The translations under genes and the position numbers were made by a program. The notes under the pieces were generated by a model that saw only the letters and a list, made by a program, of their open reading frames with translations, made no database searches and was not told the origin of the DNA. Of a stretch of 64,000 nucleotides of DNA, positions 32,984 through 46,900 are shown one piece after another (the first letter of the stretch is position 1; each line of letters starts with the position of its first letter). This DNA is from Prorocentrum cordatum (lineage: Eukaryota), in assembly GCA_963575745.1 (NCBI GenBank), contig CAUYUJ010000268.1:1-64000 (forward strand). Reading direction: 5' to 3'.

Positions 32984-35900
32984 ATGGAGCCGCTTCGGCG
33001 CATGCGCCGTAAGGGTTCCATTGGGGCTTCGCGTCCAAGCTCTCCCACGGTGCGACGGCTCGGTGACGAGTTGGAGAGCATTAATGCGGACTGTGTTGGT
33101 GTCCCCGATACCCCCCCCCCCCCCAGCTCCCGAGGACCCGAGGCGCGTCTAGCTGCTGAACTTCGCCGCAGCGCCGCCCGCGGGGGGACAGGAGAAGGAG
33201 TAGGAACAGGAAGGAAGGAGTTTCACACGCCGACCTTTGATCCTCCCTCCCCTTCCCCGTCGGGAGCAATCCCAACCGCGTCAGGCGAAAGCCTTACCGG
33301 TCTCGATACTCCAGGGCGCTTCCGCGCTAACCGCCGATGGACCTCAGGTGCTGGAACCCCCAGCCCTGCGACCGTCCCTGTGGCGGAGCACGTAGCTACC
33401 TTCGAGGAACTCAGTAGACCAGTGTCGGCACAGCCACAGACGCGGTACCCCAAGGTATCATCGGATGAGACATCACACACACATGGTCCGAGTCGCAGCT
33501 CGTCCGCGCGCAACCGCCGTGGAGCCCCAGGCCCATACGGCGAAAGCAGGTCGAGCCCGCGCACTGCCTCTCAGAGGCCATGCACTCCCCGCGACAGGGG
33601 ACACAGGGAAGCTGACGCTCCCCACCTCTCCATCTCAGACGACCAGCTGGCGGAGACGTCCGCCGCAGGTGACATAGCTGAGCTCAGAGACCAGGTTGAA
33701 ACCTTCGTGTCCAGCCAATACTCTGGACTACTACAGAGCGTTCAGACGAACGCCACCGATACTGCAGCCATACGCCGCGATCTTGACGGCGCCTTAGGGA
33801 TCATCGATTCCAGGATCGCCGAAGATCGACGCATCATAGGAGAACTGCAGTACCAGGTTGATCGTGAGGTGTCACACTCAGGTGAACGAACGGCGATGGT
33901 CGAGAACCTGCGCAACTATCTCGCGCAGATGGAGCAACAACTTGTGATCGTACGCGACACAGGCATTTCTGCGGTCAGGATTTTACACGATGAGATCCAC
34001 GACCAGCTCCGTAACCGACCAACCCCAACCGAGGCCACAGACCTCGGCGACGTTCAGTCTCAGATCAATGATCTTCGATCTTACCTAGACCACACTACGG
34101 CGACGCTTCGTACCGAAGCACACACAAACTCGTCGAACCTGATCGACATGTTGCAGCGTACTGAGAGAGTCATCACTCAAAGGCTTGATGCGACCAACGC
34201 TGTCGTGCAGCCACTCGCTAACCGGATCTCTGACATAGAGCAGCGTTTCCCTGGTGTACAGGACGCCCTGGCAGAGTTGCGTGTCGGACGAGCCCAGACT
34301 GATCAGCTGGATTCTCCTCCCACGGTTTACGATTTCGCCCGCCTCACTGACAGGTTGCAGGAGGTTGAGAAGGCGGCGGACCACACGCAGTTAGAGCTCT
34401 CCCAGGTTATTCATGAAAGAGATACTGAGAAGGTACGTGTTGAGAGTTATCTCGCACGACTGGAAAGCGAGGTGGAGGCACAAAGCGCCCGTCTCCGAGC
34501 ATGCGAGCAACGACTTGATCGGTATTCCCAACGGTCTCGGGATACTGATGAGTATACACGCCAAAAGGTGGGTCAAATACAAGAAGACATGACGAGCTGG
34601 ACGAATCAGCTGATCGACCACACTAACGACACCAACATTCACCTTCGACCTGCAGCCGACCCGCACAGGCCGACGGCAGCGTCCGCCGAAGCACCACAAG
34701 CTTCAGCAGGACAACAACGACGTACATCTCCAGGAGCAGCCTCCGCGGCAGTTTCTGCACAGACACGTCATGTGTCTCCTGTGCGCACAGAACCAACCAT
34801 CGACGGTGCACCGATACCCTCACAGCCAGTGTCTGCGGTGTCGGTCCATACTACGACGCCTATCAAGGAGTCAGACACCGTCCGTGTACCTGTCTTGCCT
34901 AAGATCACGCAGCTGCTGGAGTGGCAGCAAAGAGTGCGGAAGAACTTTGGGGCCGCCTCAGGGCGACCATCCAAAGCATACGCCTTCCCACGCGTGGCAG
35001 AACAGCCCGAATGTACATTCGAGGATTTACAAGACAGTGGAGACTTTGAGAGCATCGATTGCAAACTCGCAACTGCTCTGAGCGACATCTTATCCTCAGA
35101 CTTACGCTACCAAATCAGGCTCATCGAGACCAAAGAGCACACAGCAGGACGCATGCTCAAAGGACGCCAGATATACTGGCATATCCTACAGTCCTACAAA
35201 GTGACAGACGTCGACGACGACCTGCACGATTTCGAGCGCCTTAACGAACTGAGGATGAGAGACGAAGATTTGCAACGTTTCATTACCGATTGGGACGCCT
35301 TACTCTTGGAATGCCGAGAAGTACCCGATCCAAAGATATTGGAATCGCTATTCCGCACACAGATTCGTAGACATGCATGGATGAAACAAGACATGTACGA
35401 GTACCAGCGCATGAAGATGAGCGACCCGAATCGTACCTACGGTTGGCTTCGACAGCGTGTCCTGGACATACTGGAGATTAAACAATTGGAGAAGAATCAA
35501 AACAAGCTACGGTACGAACACGAGACACGATCTCAGGTCAACGCGTGCGTTGCATGGAAGAAAGGCAATTGTCGCAATGGTGAACGGTGCAAGGCTTTAC
35601 ATACATATTCCAGGGATTGGAAGAACAACAAATCTTCCAGAACATCAACGGCTGGTGGCAACCCCCGCCGTAGTATGTCCACTCCTGCGAATCACAAGAA
35701 GCCAGCATCAAGGCCGTTCTGCTTCGATTTTGCCAAGCGCAACACATGTACCAGAGGTGATAAGTGCAACTACCCGCACGTCGCACAGTGCAAGGATTTC
35801 GCACAGAACAAGTGCACAAAAGGCGACAAATGCAAATACGCTCATCTCGCACCTGGTGCAAAGACTCCTGAACGAAGCCCGAGTCGACCACGGACTTCCA

Positions 35901-37951
35901 GCCAGGACAGCCGTGGCCGATCGCCATCCCGCGGATCAGGAAGCCAACGGTCTTCACAACGCGGGGGGTTTCGCTACGCAAGCGATTCACGACAGGGACG
36001 TGGCAACCGACGCCAATACGACCGATCCCGTTCGACATCCAGGAGGTCCCAAGACTCTCGCAGCCAATCGAGAAGTCGTTACGACAGATCTTCGAGATCT
36101 ACCTCCCGAGGACGAGACAATCGTGGCGGCGGACGCGGCAGTCCACGCGGCCGTGATAGATCATATGGCAGTGACAAAGGACGTGGCAAGCGGTATCCGA
36201 GCCGCGGATCGTCCCGTGGTTCACCCAACACTAGAGCACGTTCTCCTGCCAACTTTAGACGTTCACGTCATTCAGACCGCAGTTACGTCATCCGTGACAA
36301 GACCCGCATGGCCAACACTAAGGCCACAGCGACAGCTACCAAGACACGTCGTCGGATACGCTTCGACGTACGCAACGTGGACTACTACTTCCATACCAGA
36401 TCTGGCAGAGCCAGACTGGACAGATGGAAAGAGCTGCCGAATGAGGGCGACATCGTCAAAGTACCAGATCCATTACCACAAAAATGGTGGGATGATAGTG
36501 CAGAAGCCTTACGAGAATGTCAAAAAGAGGCACAACTATGGTACGACGAACTGTACGACTACCGACACAACAAAGAGTCGGTGGCCACACCAACTGCGAT
36601 CCGAAAGCATGACGACACTGTCAAGCAGTCATCAAAGACTGCCCAGACGACAACAACGACAATGCAAGTCGACACTCCACGTTCGACTGCAGCATTGACA
36701 AGGTCTTGGGTTCTTGATAGTGGCTCTGCCCATCATATTCAGGGAAAACATGAACTTACGCAGACTGAGTCGAATCGCATATCTATTCGCGAAGAGCATA
36801 TTCTGGAAACTGCAAATGGTGATCGTACCGTCAACGAGCACTACGACATACGGCTACCCGAGGTTGGACTGCATAGTTCAGCCCTTGCTTTACCAGACTG
36901 CCCATCATTACTATCAGTTGGAAAATTGATTGAGGTTGATGGCTTTCGACAGCTTTGGGATCCTGAGCTGGGCTACATGCTTCAGGATCCGGGGGGCCAA
37001 TGGTATAAGATTCCAGTCAACAATCGAGTGCCAGAGTTACGACTCGACGACTTAACACGGATACCACCACCACGTTTATGCACTTCGTCAGCACCCCGCC
37101 GTCGTCAGCGAAAGCGTTCATCCGCCCGCTGTAACGACACTTGTTGGCGCTGCAAAACTACAGAGCAACCAACCACTGCAGACGAGCTACGACCCCACAT
37201 AGGGACCTGCCCCAAGAGACCACATGTCGGAGAGGGAGGAGGAGCACGGACCATCACGGTCGAAGAATCTCCCGACACACGCACAGACGAGCCCAGCGTG
37301 GACACAACCACCGACTCGCCTACGTCTCAGATGCAGTGTTCTCCTCCACAATGCGGGGGGTTCGATATAGCTCAAGCAGACAACGACATACCGACAGAGA
37401 CATCCACACGGACGCATCCAGACAACGATCGAGTTCTGCCCAACAGACAAAAGAAACCGATCGACCCGATGCATTACATGACTCACAGCCCAAAACATCC
37501 CGACTGTGAGATCTGTTCTCGTACGATGGCACAGAATGCCCCGTGTAGACGACAGCACAAACCACATCCACCGGCAGACCCCACCGAAGAGGATAACGCC
37601 TACGAGGCTTTTGTCCCGAAGAAGTTCGGTGAGGCTCTAACTGCCGACCATATCGTACTGGCCAAAGACGATGCCGCGGACAAACATGGCGACAAATATG
37701 CACTCGTTGTCCTTGACAGATATACTGGCATCTTCATGGCCTACCCAGCGCTACACAAAGACGCAGCTACTACAAAGGCATCCTTTCAACAGTTCATCGC
37801 CGCGAACGATGAGGTGAAGCATATCTACACAGACAACTCTGGAGAGCTTCAGAAAGCTTGCCGCCAACTGGGATGGAGACACGACACGAGTACGCCACAT
37901 CGTCCACAGACAAATGGATTGATTGAGCGCGTTGTCAAAATTGTCATTCCT
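32984..37951 (+). CDS. gag-pol: Copia polyprotein part 1: coiled-coil Gag, three CCCH zinc fingers, RS-rich tract, aspartic protease, integrase HHCC and DDE core
   Basis: First ATG after the PBS. CCCH fingers at 35546-35845, WVLDSGSAHH at 36707, HYMTHSPKHPDCEIC at 37472, LTADH..IYTDNSGE..NGLIER. The coding frame switches at ~37952 (one extra T); unshifted, the ORF stops at 38101. Confidence 0.9.
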
Positions 37952-37952
37952 T

Positions 37953-40900
37953 GGTACCAGAGCTGTGTTACATATGTCTGGTCTGGGACACGAATGGTGG
38001 AAAGAGGCCATGCAAGCCTTTTGCTGTGGACACAACTTTGTGCATACATCCACGGGCGTCGCTGCCCTCAACGAGGAGCATGCAGAAAAGACAGCTCATG
38101 AAATAAGATTTGGCGAAAGCTTTCCTGGGCACTGCATACCATTCGGTGCTCGGATATTTTGGAAATGCCTCAACCCCGAGATTAACAACGAGACTGCAAA
38201 GTTTAAAGAAAATACTCGGGAAGGGTTATTCATGGGATACCACTTACACTCTGGTGGACGATGGTCAGGTGACTACCTTGTTTTGGACACGGCTACATAC
38301 GCCAAGAATCCTGATGGTGATCTGTGTCATGTGCACAGAGTCAAAGACATCATCATTCCTGATGGCAGGTTCACCTACCCCGTGCAAGATGGTACTCTGC
38401 GACATCATAACCCTGAGGCACACGACGAGGTGAAGGCATCTACTTCTCGCCCCTTGGGTGACAAGCCAATGCCTGATCCTCCACTTTCTTACCCTAAAGA
38501 ATGGGATGATCCGTCTATGATGACGACGGAAGATAACGCTATTGATATCCAGACATCGGCTTCTGAAGTTGCTGCACCAGCGCCGGAGCCAGACTACTGG
38601 GAACAGCGTGGATATTGCGTCATCAGACACATTCGTACCCCAAGAAAGAAACTATTCATCCCAACGGACGACGTCATGAATATACCGGTACCTGTTGACC
38701 AACTCGACGTGACACGAGATTTCAAAACGACTTCTACTTTCGAAGGCGAAAGTAACTTCCGAGATGTTTGGGATGGTGTTAGCGCCAACGACCACAGGGA
38801 GCTGAGCGAGCCGTGGACAGGCACGATACAGTTCTATGAGCTTCCAAAAATAACGCCAGACGGCAAAATGGTGGTTCGTGGACGCGAGACACGCGTGCAG
38901 ACTACCACACGTCCTGATCACGTTCTTCCCGAGCATTGGAAAACACTTTCCCGTGGACAGCAAAAGAAAGAGATCGATTACGCCAACGACGTTAAACGAG
39001 CCCGTGAGATTCGTGATCGTGCTGCATTGAGAGTGTGGACAAGACAGGATAAACAGGTCAACAATTTCCGTACTACTACATCAGGCGGACCCACCTGGAA
39101 TACTGTGGAACGACGGATTACATACGACACTGACAATGGCGACGTCATCCGCGACGAGAATGTCAAAGGCGTGACAAACAAAGAAATACTGTATGCCAAA
39201 TTACCTGGTGGGCCACGTGACATTACCACGGTACTATACTACCGTCAACTACCACAACAGCACGATGGAGAAGAACGTGCTTTGGTATTTGTGGATAATG
39301 AAGGAACCGACTTTGGGACTTTGAACCCGCTCATACGCAAGTTCACCCAGTCGGTAGCAATACCAACCATGCCACGTGAGACCAACTACATGCCGGCACA
39401 CAGAGATAAAATACCAGATTCGACATGGTCACGCCCAGCATTAGTTACCAGAAACCTGAGTAAGAAAGAAGTTGCCGCAGAACCACGTGCACAAGAAGCC
39501 CTACGAAAAGAATACGAGAGATTGGAAAAGAAACAAACATGGATGTTGGAGACTGTTGCAGAAAAAGCTGACATTGAGTCACAAGCTATTCGCAATGGAA
39601 CAAAGGTGCATTTCTTCAATATATTGGAATTATCTTCAGTCAAACATGAAGAACTTCCTCCTGATCTACGTAAATTCAAGGGCAGAGTGGTGGTTCAGGG
39701 CAATACAGGCAAAGATGAAACTGGTTTGGCCGCCATATTCGCCGACGCCGCTTCCAGTGCTTCGCATATAGAGGCTTCCAAACTTTGCGATGCTACTGCG
39801 TTATTACCGCAATATGCGGGAGAGCAAAGTGACGCACCTGGAGCTTACACGCAGGCATTATTATACGGCGACGGACGAATTGATCCAGTTGATACTTGGA
39901 TTACTATACCTAAATGGCGACAACCGACATCATGGTCAAAATACAATAACCCAGTGTGCCGATTGCGATTGGCACTATACGGACACCCTCTTGCAGGTGT
40001 CTTTTGGGAACGAAAATGCCGTACATGCTTGGAAAGCGTCGGTTTCGAGCCTATTTCAGGATGGGAATGTGTATGGAGACACAACAAACTGGGACTGATA
40101 CTTTCAGTATATGTGGACGATTTCAAATTGGCCGGCCCAGCTCATAATCTACAGACTGGTTGGGATTATATTCGTAAAAGCGGTATCGATTTGGATCCAC
40201 CTACTCCATACTCACAATATTTGGGTTGTGGACAACAAGCATATGACGTACCGCAGAGCATCTTCGACAAAAGAATGTCCACAATACGCCCTATGCTACC
40301 TGCACACAACGAGAAAGAATACAATACGGCAAAACACGTTCGTGGCATTCGACATGACATGCTTGGTTTTACAGATCAGTGCATTGAGCGGTACCTGGAA
40401 TGCGCCTCCAAGCGCGCCCAGGGAACAGGGTCACGTCGGAAACGATCCGACTCGCCGAGGGCTTCGCGATCCAAATCGCCATCCTCCTCCGGGTCGGTCG
40501 CCAGACCTACTAGTGTGCTCAACGCACGGACAAGATCATCCAGCCCAGCAAAATCGGTCGACACAACTTCTACCAATACCATACCCGCCACATACCATGA
40601 TCTACCCGACGCAGAGACCCCTGGCATCGAGGACACCTCCTTCACTGAGTCCGACTATTCAGACGAGGGCGTTCTCGGCCAGGACGCGGCAAGTGTACTA
40701 ATGAAGATCCTGTACTTGGCACGTTGCTGTCGTTTCGATCTTCTACATCCGGTATGTATGTTGGCCAGAGAAATTACCAAATGGAATACTACATGTGACA
40801 AACGTCTACATCGGTTGATATGCTACATCAAAACGACGCGTACACATTGCTTACACGGATGGATAGGCGATTCATCAGACAAGTTATCCATCATGCTCTT

Positions 40901-43900
40901 CACTGACGCCTCGTTCGCTGATTGCATTACATCATCCAAATCCACTACCGGTGTTTTTGCTGCGCTTGTTGGACCCAATACGTTCTTTCCAGTCAACGCT
41001 GTATGTAAGAAACAAACGGTTGTTTCACATTCATCTACTGAATCGGAGATCGTTGCTCTCGATTCCGCACTACGACTGGAAGGGTTACCACTACTATCAT
41101 TCTGGGAAGCCGTGGTGGGAGTTGCCAAAACATGCAAAGAGAAGAATACATGCCTGAGTTGCCATCGACACGTTGACCCGGCGATGTGTCCTACATTGGC
41201 AGCCAAAAAGAAGCGTAAACCATCGCCTCGCAAGGCACCCCCTACTCGGGGATCTTCTCCTAGCCGTAGGCAACTACCGCTAAATACGGATTTACCTACG
41301 ACTCCAAAGAGACGTACAATATCCCATGAAGGTACCGTACTACACGTGGATCCAGAGCCAGCTCCAGAGATCAGTGCACCGAAAGTACGACTCATCGTCC
41401 TGGAGGATAACCAGGCCGTTATCAAAATTGTCCAAAAGGGACGTACACCAGCACTTCGTCATCTTCATCGTACTCATCGTATCAATCTGGATTGGATATG
41501 CGAAACATGTCAAATTGAACATATCGAGCTTAAATATGTAGGAACAAAAGAGCAGATCGCAGATATGATGACCAAACATTTCGAGACCAAGAAAGCAGAC
41601 CTTTGGAAGGACCTCTTGGAACACTCGCTTATTTTTCCTGTTACTCCGATACAATGTCCGCCGATACGAGGGCCTCGGAGGCCCGACGGTTTACCTCATG
41701 AAGCGGAACCTCCTAAATTGAATGGATGCCCAGAAATATGCAAGATATTGCTGACGGAAAAAGAAAGATGGGGCGAGGTAGGATCAGAATGCGGATTTCA
41801 GTGTGTTGGACAAGCTAACCATGAGGGACTATGTGCATGCATGTACCACTATGGCGTACCAGCCGCAGATACTGCGTCGCGCACACCTCGTTCACGCGCA
41901 CGTTCACCGCACGGTAGACATCCTCGCCATCCTCCCTCACCTCAACGAGATGCAGAGAGAGTTAGGACATTGATTATTCGTTCACACCGCAGCAATTTTA
42001 CGACTCGAGCTACAAAGCTTACAAGCATCCTGTTTGCCGCTTGCGAGGCGAACATAAGTGAGATCGGTTCTAATCCCGACCCCTCCATCCACGAGATGGA
42101 TCAGGCACAGCCGCTCAACCTCGTCGGCTGGCCCATCGGCTACGACAAGGAGTACGACCCGAACGCCAGGGACGATGACCGCGTGGGCTTTGCGTACCAC
42201 GCTCAAACTGGTCGTCCTCGTGATCCCGAAGATGGTTACATATACATACATCAACGGCGTGCCGATCGGAGCGGAGAATTTGATCTTCGCGTACCCGACG
42301 AGTCTTCTATCCGTGAACTTGCCCGCTTCGCGTCCGTCGAGGCTAAGAAATGGGCCAGCACTGAGAGTGGATCCGTCGGCGGCAACGCCAACTACGAGTA
42401 CAACACGTTCACAGCTACGCCGTGGCTATCTTTCATGCGTGCTATGTGTATGATTTCCAGCCTTTTCAATCGCAATCCTTCAGTACAAGATAGTGTTCGT
42501 GGACTACATGATGATTTGAATGCGACGATCCCAGGATCAGACCGCAAATGTCCACCATCAAACTTTACTACAATGATACTGAAGACGGAGTGGATGATGA
42601 TTCACAACGATTGGTCCAAAATTGGCAGTGCAGTTCTGGGACAATACACCGAGGACAGCGTTACGGATACGCAAAACTATTACAACAATGGTCTGAGTGC
42701 ACCATCCGATGTATACCAGAATGGATTGGTAACGCCATGCTATGCTCCTAAAATTGATCGTGCAATGGCCAAGCTACCTACTCGTCCACCTGGCATCGCC
42801 AGGACATCGGATACATCTGGGCACATCGGTCATATCGTCGAGGATAACTTGGTCACCAACACGAGAGCTTTTTCCGACCTTACCCAAACAAAGAAGTTCC
42901 GCCGCAAGCTTACTACATGGTTGACTGCGCGCGGAGGCTTTGGAAGTATCGGATCAAACTCCAAGACGGTGGCAACACCATCCGACCATCCGAATGGTTG
43001 GGTGGCGATATTGGATGATCCACAAGAGACAGAGCGTACCTATCGTTGGACACCATACAACGAGGGCAACGACTTCTTCGGCGACGCTGCTGACCACATG
43101 GGTTCGAATGATCCTGGCATGACTCCTGGCAATGATGTTGACCCATTCGAGCTGGACCACGCAAAATACAGTGCTTTCTGTGGTGGTCGCTTGGTTTCTA
43201 CCCTATTGTCAGACAATGGGTGGCACTCCCTCGTACAAGAGGACTTGGGACTACTATTACATCATGCATTTGGGCCATCGGGTCATGCGTACAAATGGAC
43301 CAACTTGTACACTGATTCAACATGGATTATGCATCCGAAGAAAGGGGCTAAGGGTGCAAAACACAAGAAGTACCCCACTTTCGGCATCGACGAGCTCAAC
43401 GCTGCCCAGAAGAGAATCGACCTCGCCAAAGCATCAAATACTGCTCTTGTACCGCTATTCATGCCGTGCCTTAACCGCGCGGAATACATGGGTGGCGCTA
43501 CTCTTGAGCACCTGTCGACCATGATCCGCGACGACATCATGATGTGGGCATTCTCTTTTGGCAATTACAGGGAATGGTTCAGACAGAATGACACGCCGAT
43601 CGGTCAAGATTGCGTTCTCTTGCCTGAAGCTGGTTATGAGGGCGTACGATACGGAATGGAGGAACTACGCAAGCAACGTTTCGAGAAAGAGGAAAGCCGT
43701 ATCAACGCTCTTCTCAACAATCAGTTTGAGAACACTCTCGAGCAGCGCAATATGATCAGGAAGATCCGCGAAGCCAGAGGCCTCATGTTTCAAAGCGACA
43801 ACGCTTCCATCAAGAAGTGGCGCGAGCTGAACGAGACCATCTGGGAATACTGGGCCAATGATTTCCCATCATCCATAAAACAAAGACACTATCACAGGGG

Positions 43901-46900
43901 ACTCAATGCCATGGTAGTATGGAGTGCGAACGACATCGCATGTGCTAATCCTGGACAGAACACCATCGACATGCGCCGACATCACAGTCGTGCTCCTACC
44001 AACGTACACGAGCTCCAAAAGATGGAATGTGAGGGCGGCGTCCCGACGCTCATGCCCGTACACGTGCTCGTGGACGTATCACGTTTTGTCGATGTGATGC
44101 AGTATTTCCGCTGCCCCACGGTCATGGGACCTGGAAAAGCAGCGCAATGGGGCGCACACCCGAACTTTGATCACCACACGAGCGACTTGATCACTATCAT
44201 GCAGAACCGTGGTATCACTGTTCTTCCATCCGACCATTGGGTGGATACGTACGACAGGGTTACCCCACAGGCTTGGCACGCCAAACAGAACAACCATAAC
44301 ATGGCAATGTTTACAACGCAATTCTGCGACGCAGTATGCTATCGCAATTTTTGCGCATTGATACAGTCTCTTCCTTCTCAGCCATATCCATTCAGGCCGC
44401 CATTGCTGACTTCTGTCACGGACAACCAGGCCTACACTCAGGCCAAGGAAATCATGGCAGCCCTCGACTTCAGAGAAAAGTTGACAAACGAATGGAAAAG
44501 AGACCTCAGCCTCACAACATTGATGACACAGACGGCAAACGAGATGGCTCATTGTGCGTGGATGGCGTCATGTGCCGAGGGCACATTGCCGGCATCACTG
44601 CCTGCCGAGACGGGCGACACGACTGAGCCGACTCCTGGAAGGTCTACACGTACGCCAGCAACGGACCCTAGCGATCCTGACCAAACCCTTCCTGATAATG
44701 ATCCATGGGTTATGGCATACAATGACTTATTCCAGTACCTTATGCTGTTGATCAAAGAATACCCTGGGGCTTGGGCATCTTGGCATTCTCTTGAGAAAGA
44801 TGAACTTCTAGAACCCAAGATCGTCAAAACAGTTGAAGATGCACATGCAGTTACTTGGGTTGTATTCGAGCAATTCTTACGTCAGATCAAAGAGTTGGAT
44901 GGAGACGATAATGCGACCAAATCAAGACTCATTGCAGAAGAAAACAGATTGTCTTCTCACCGCATCGGCCCAGCTGCCGAGAACGAGAAGAACATCGAGG
45001 CATGCAAAACATTCTTCAAACAGAATGCACTGGATCGAGTGGCTTTGGGTCATGACCCTAATGTTCCTACATCCGTATGGAGGGCAGCTGATGACACAGC
45101 ACAGCCAGCCCCACCAGGCCCATTGCCTGATCCACTGCAACCTGGACCGCAATCGATCAAAGCGTCGCAACCATCGACTCCAGAGCCTAAAGCAGAACAA
45201 CAACCAGCAGATCAGCTCCCAAAAGCTGAGGCGGTACCGATCCCTGATGACGGCACCGACCTTGAGGCAATGGAGCTGGAGGCAACTCCTGCTGAGGAGG
45301 AGCCTTCTCCACATGAGATGAATATATTGTCATGGCAGGACAGTTGTGAGCGTTCCATGCACGAGGATACCAGCAAGCTCGGGATCTTCGACAACTCATG
45401 CACTATTCGCGAATGGAAGCTACAGTATGGCGTCAAAGATGAACATCCATACATGTGCCCAATGTTGCGGGGCACGAAAGCGACCAATGGATTTGCCTGC
45501 ATCGAAGACCAAGAGTGGTACGAGCAGCTACTGCATGATGATAGTGTAATTGCTCATGCGCCTGACATTGCACAATCTGGTTGTTTCCCAGAATGGAAAT
45601 GGATACCATTACCACATTACGACGATGTACGTTATGGTCCTGAGCTAATTGATGAAGAATGGCTGGGAACAAACAAATACATGAGCAAAGACATCACGAC
45701 TATGTTACGCCACGAGATTCACTACAAAAAGTTTTGGATCAACCAATTTCATGACAGACGTATTAATATCTGGGACAAAACAACAAAGAATGATTGGAAG
45801 ATTCCAAGCAATTGGAAATCATTTAAAGAAATGGTTGAATGGAAATTCCGAGATCGCAAAGAAAGACACAATGGACCATCCATGGAAGCGGCAGTGGCAC
45901 ATTTCAAGAAAGACGGTGAAAATGATGGATACACCGATTGGAACGACTACTATCCGATATTCATTATTCGTGCGTTCCAGAAGCATATTGACCCGCAGAA
46001 AAACAGAATCGAGATATACGCCAAGCCGATTCCTGACGGAGGTGACCCCAGCACTTTTGACTGGAACAGCGTTATTGCTATTCGGTGCGTCGGTGGTCAC
46101 AGTTGTGTCAACCCATCTTCAAAGCCATGGAACATGGGATGGGAGAGCTTACAGTGGACAGATATCAAATATCTCCATCATGGAACAGCATCCCGCGCCT
46201 GGAAGAACATATTGAAGACAGGGATCATTCCTGGATATGTTGAACCACATTCTCAGAGAGACAGAACTTACAAACCATCGCAGCGATCCGAGGCATTCTT
46301 CAGTTCTAGCACATATTTGAACAATGTTCAAAAGAACCCACATACTTCAGTGGAATCGTACAAGTTCAACAGCTACAAGAACGAAGTCGAGCTGGTGATC
46401 AACATGGAGATCGCCACAAAAGCAGGTTGCAGATTTTGGTTGGGTGCTCAGGGCGCTATCATGACTGAGGACGTGGTACCCGCTGCGGCAATTATTGCAA
46501 TTCGCCGCCTCAAACCACACCACATGCATGGCCAGCAGCTGTGGCCAGACGGCGACCCATGGGACTACCCGCCATTGGCAGCCAGAGAGCCATTGAGCAA
46601 GTACGAGATTTGCGCCTGCCTTCCTGGAGAACTTATTGACGACCCACCTGGATTGGCACCTATCGACCCCGACCAAGACATGGAGCCTCCAAGGACGACG
46701 CCAGCATCAGCACCCTCGGCCAGGCCGGGGGAAACCCCTGCTGGCCGTACATCCGCAGAGGACGCCTTGGACGAGCAAATAGTACGTGCTATGATCCAGG
46801 AGACCAATCACAAAGCAGATGATAAAGAATGGTTGATTGCATTATCACATTGTCGTGAAGCTCTTCGACCAATCACAGCAAAGATCATGCAAAAAGATTG

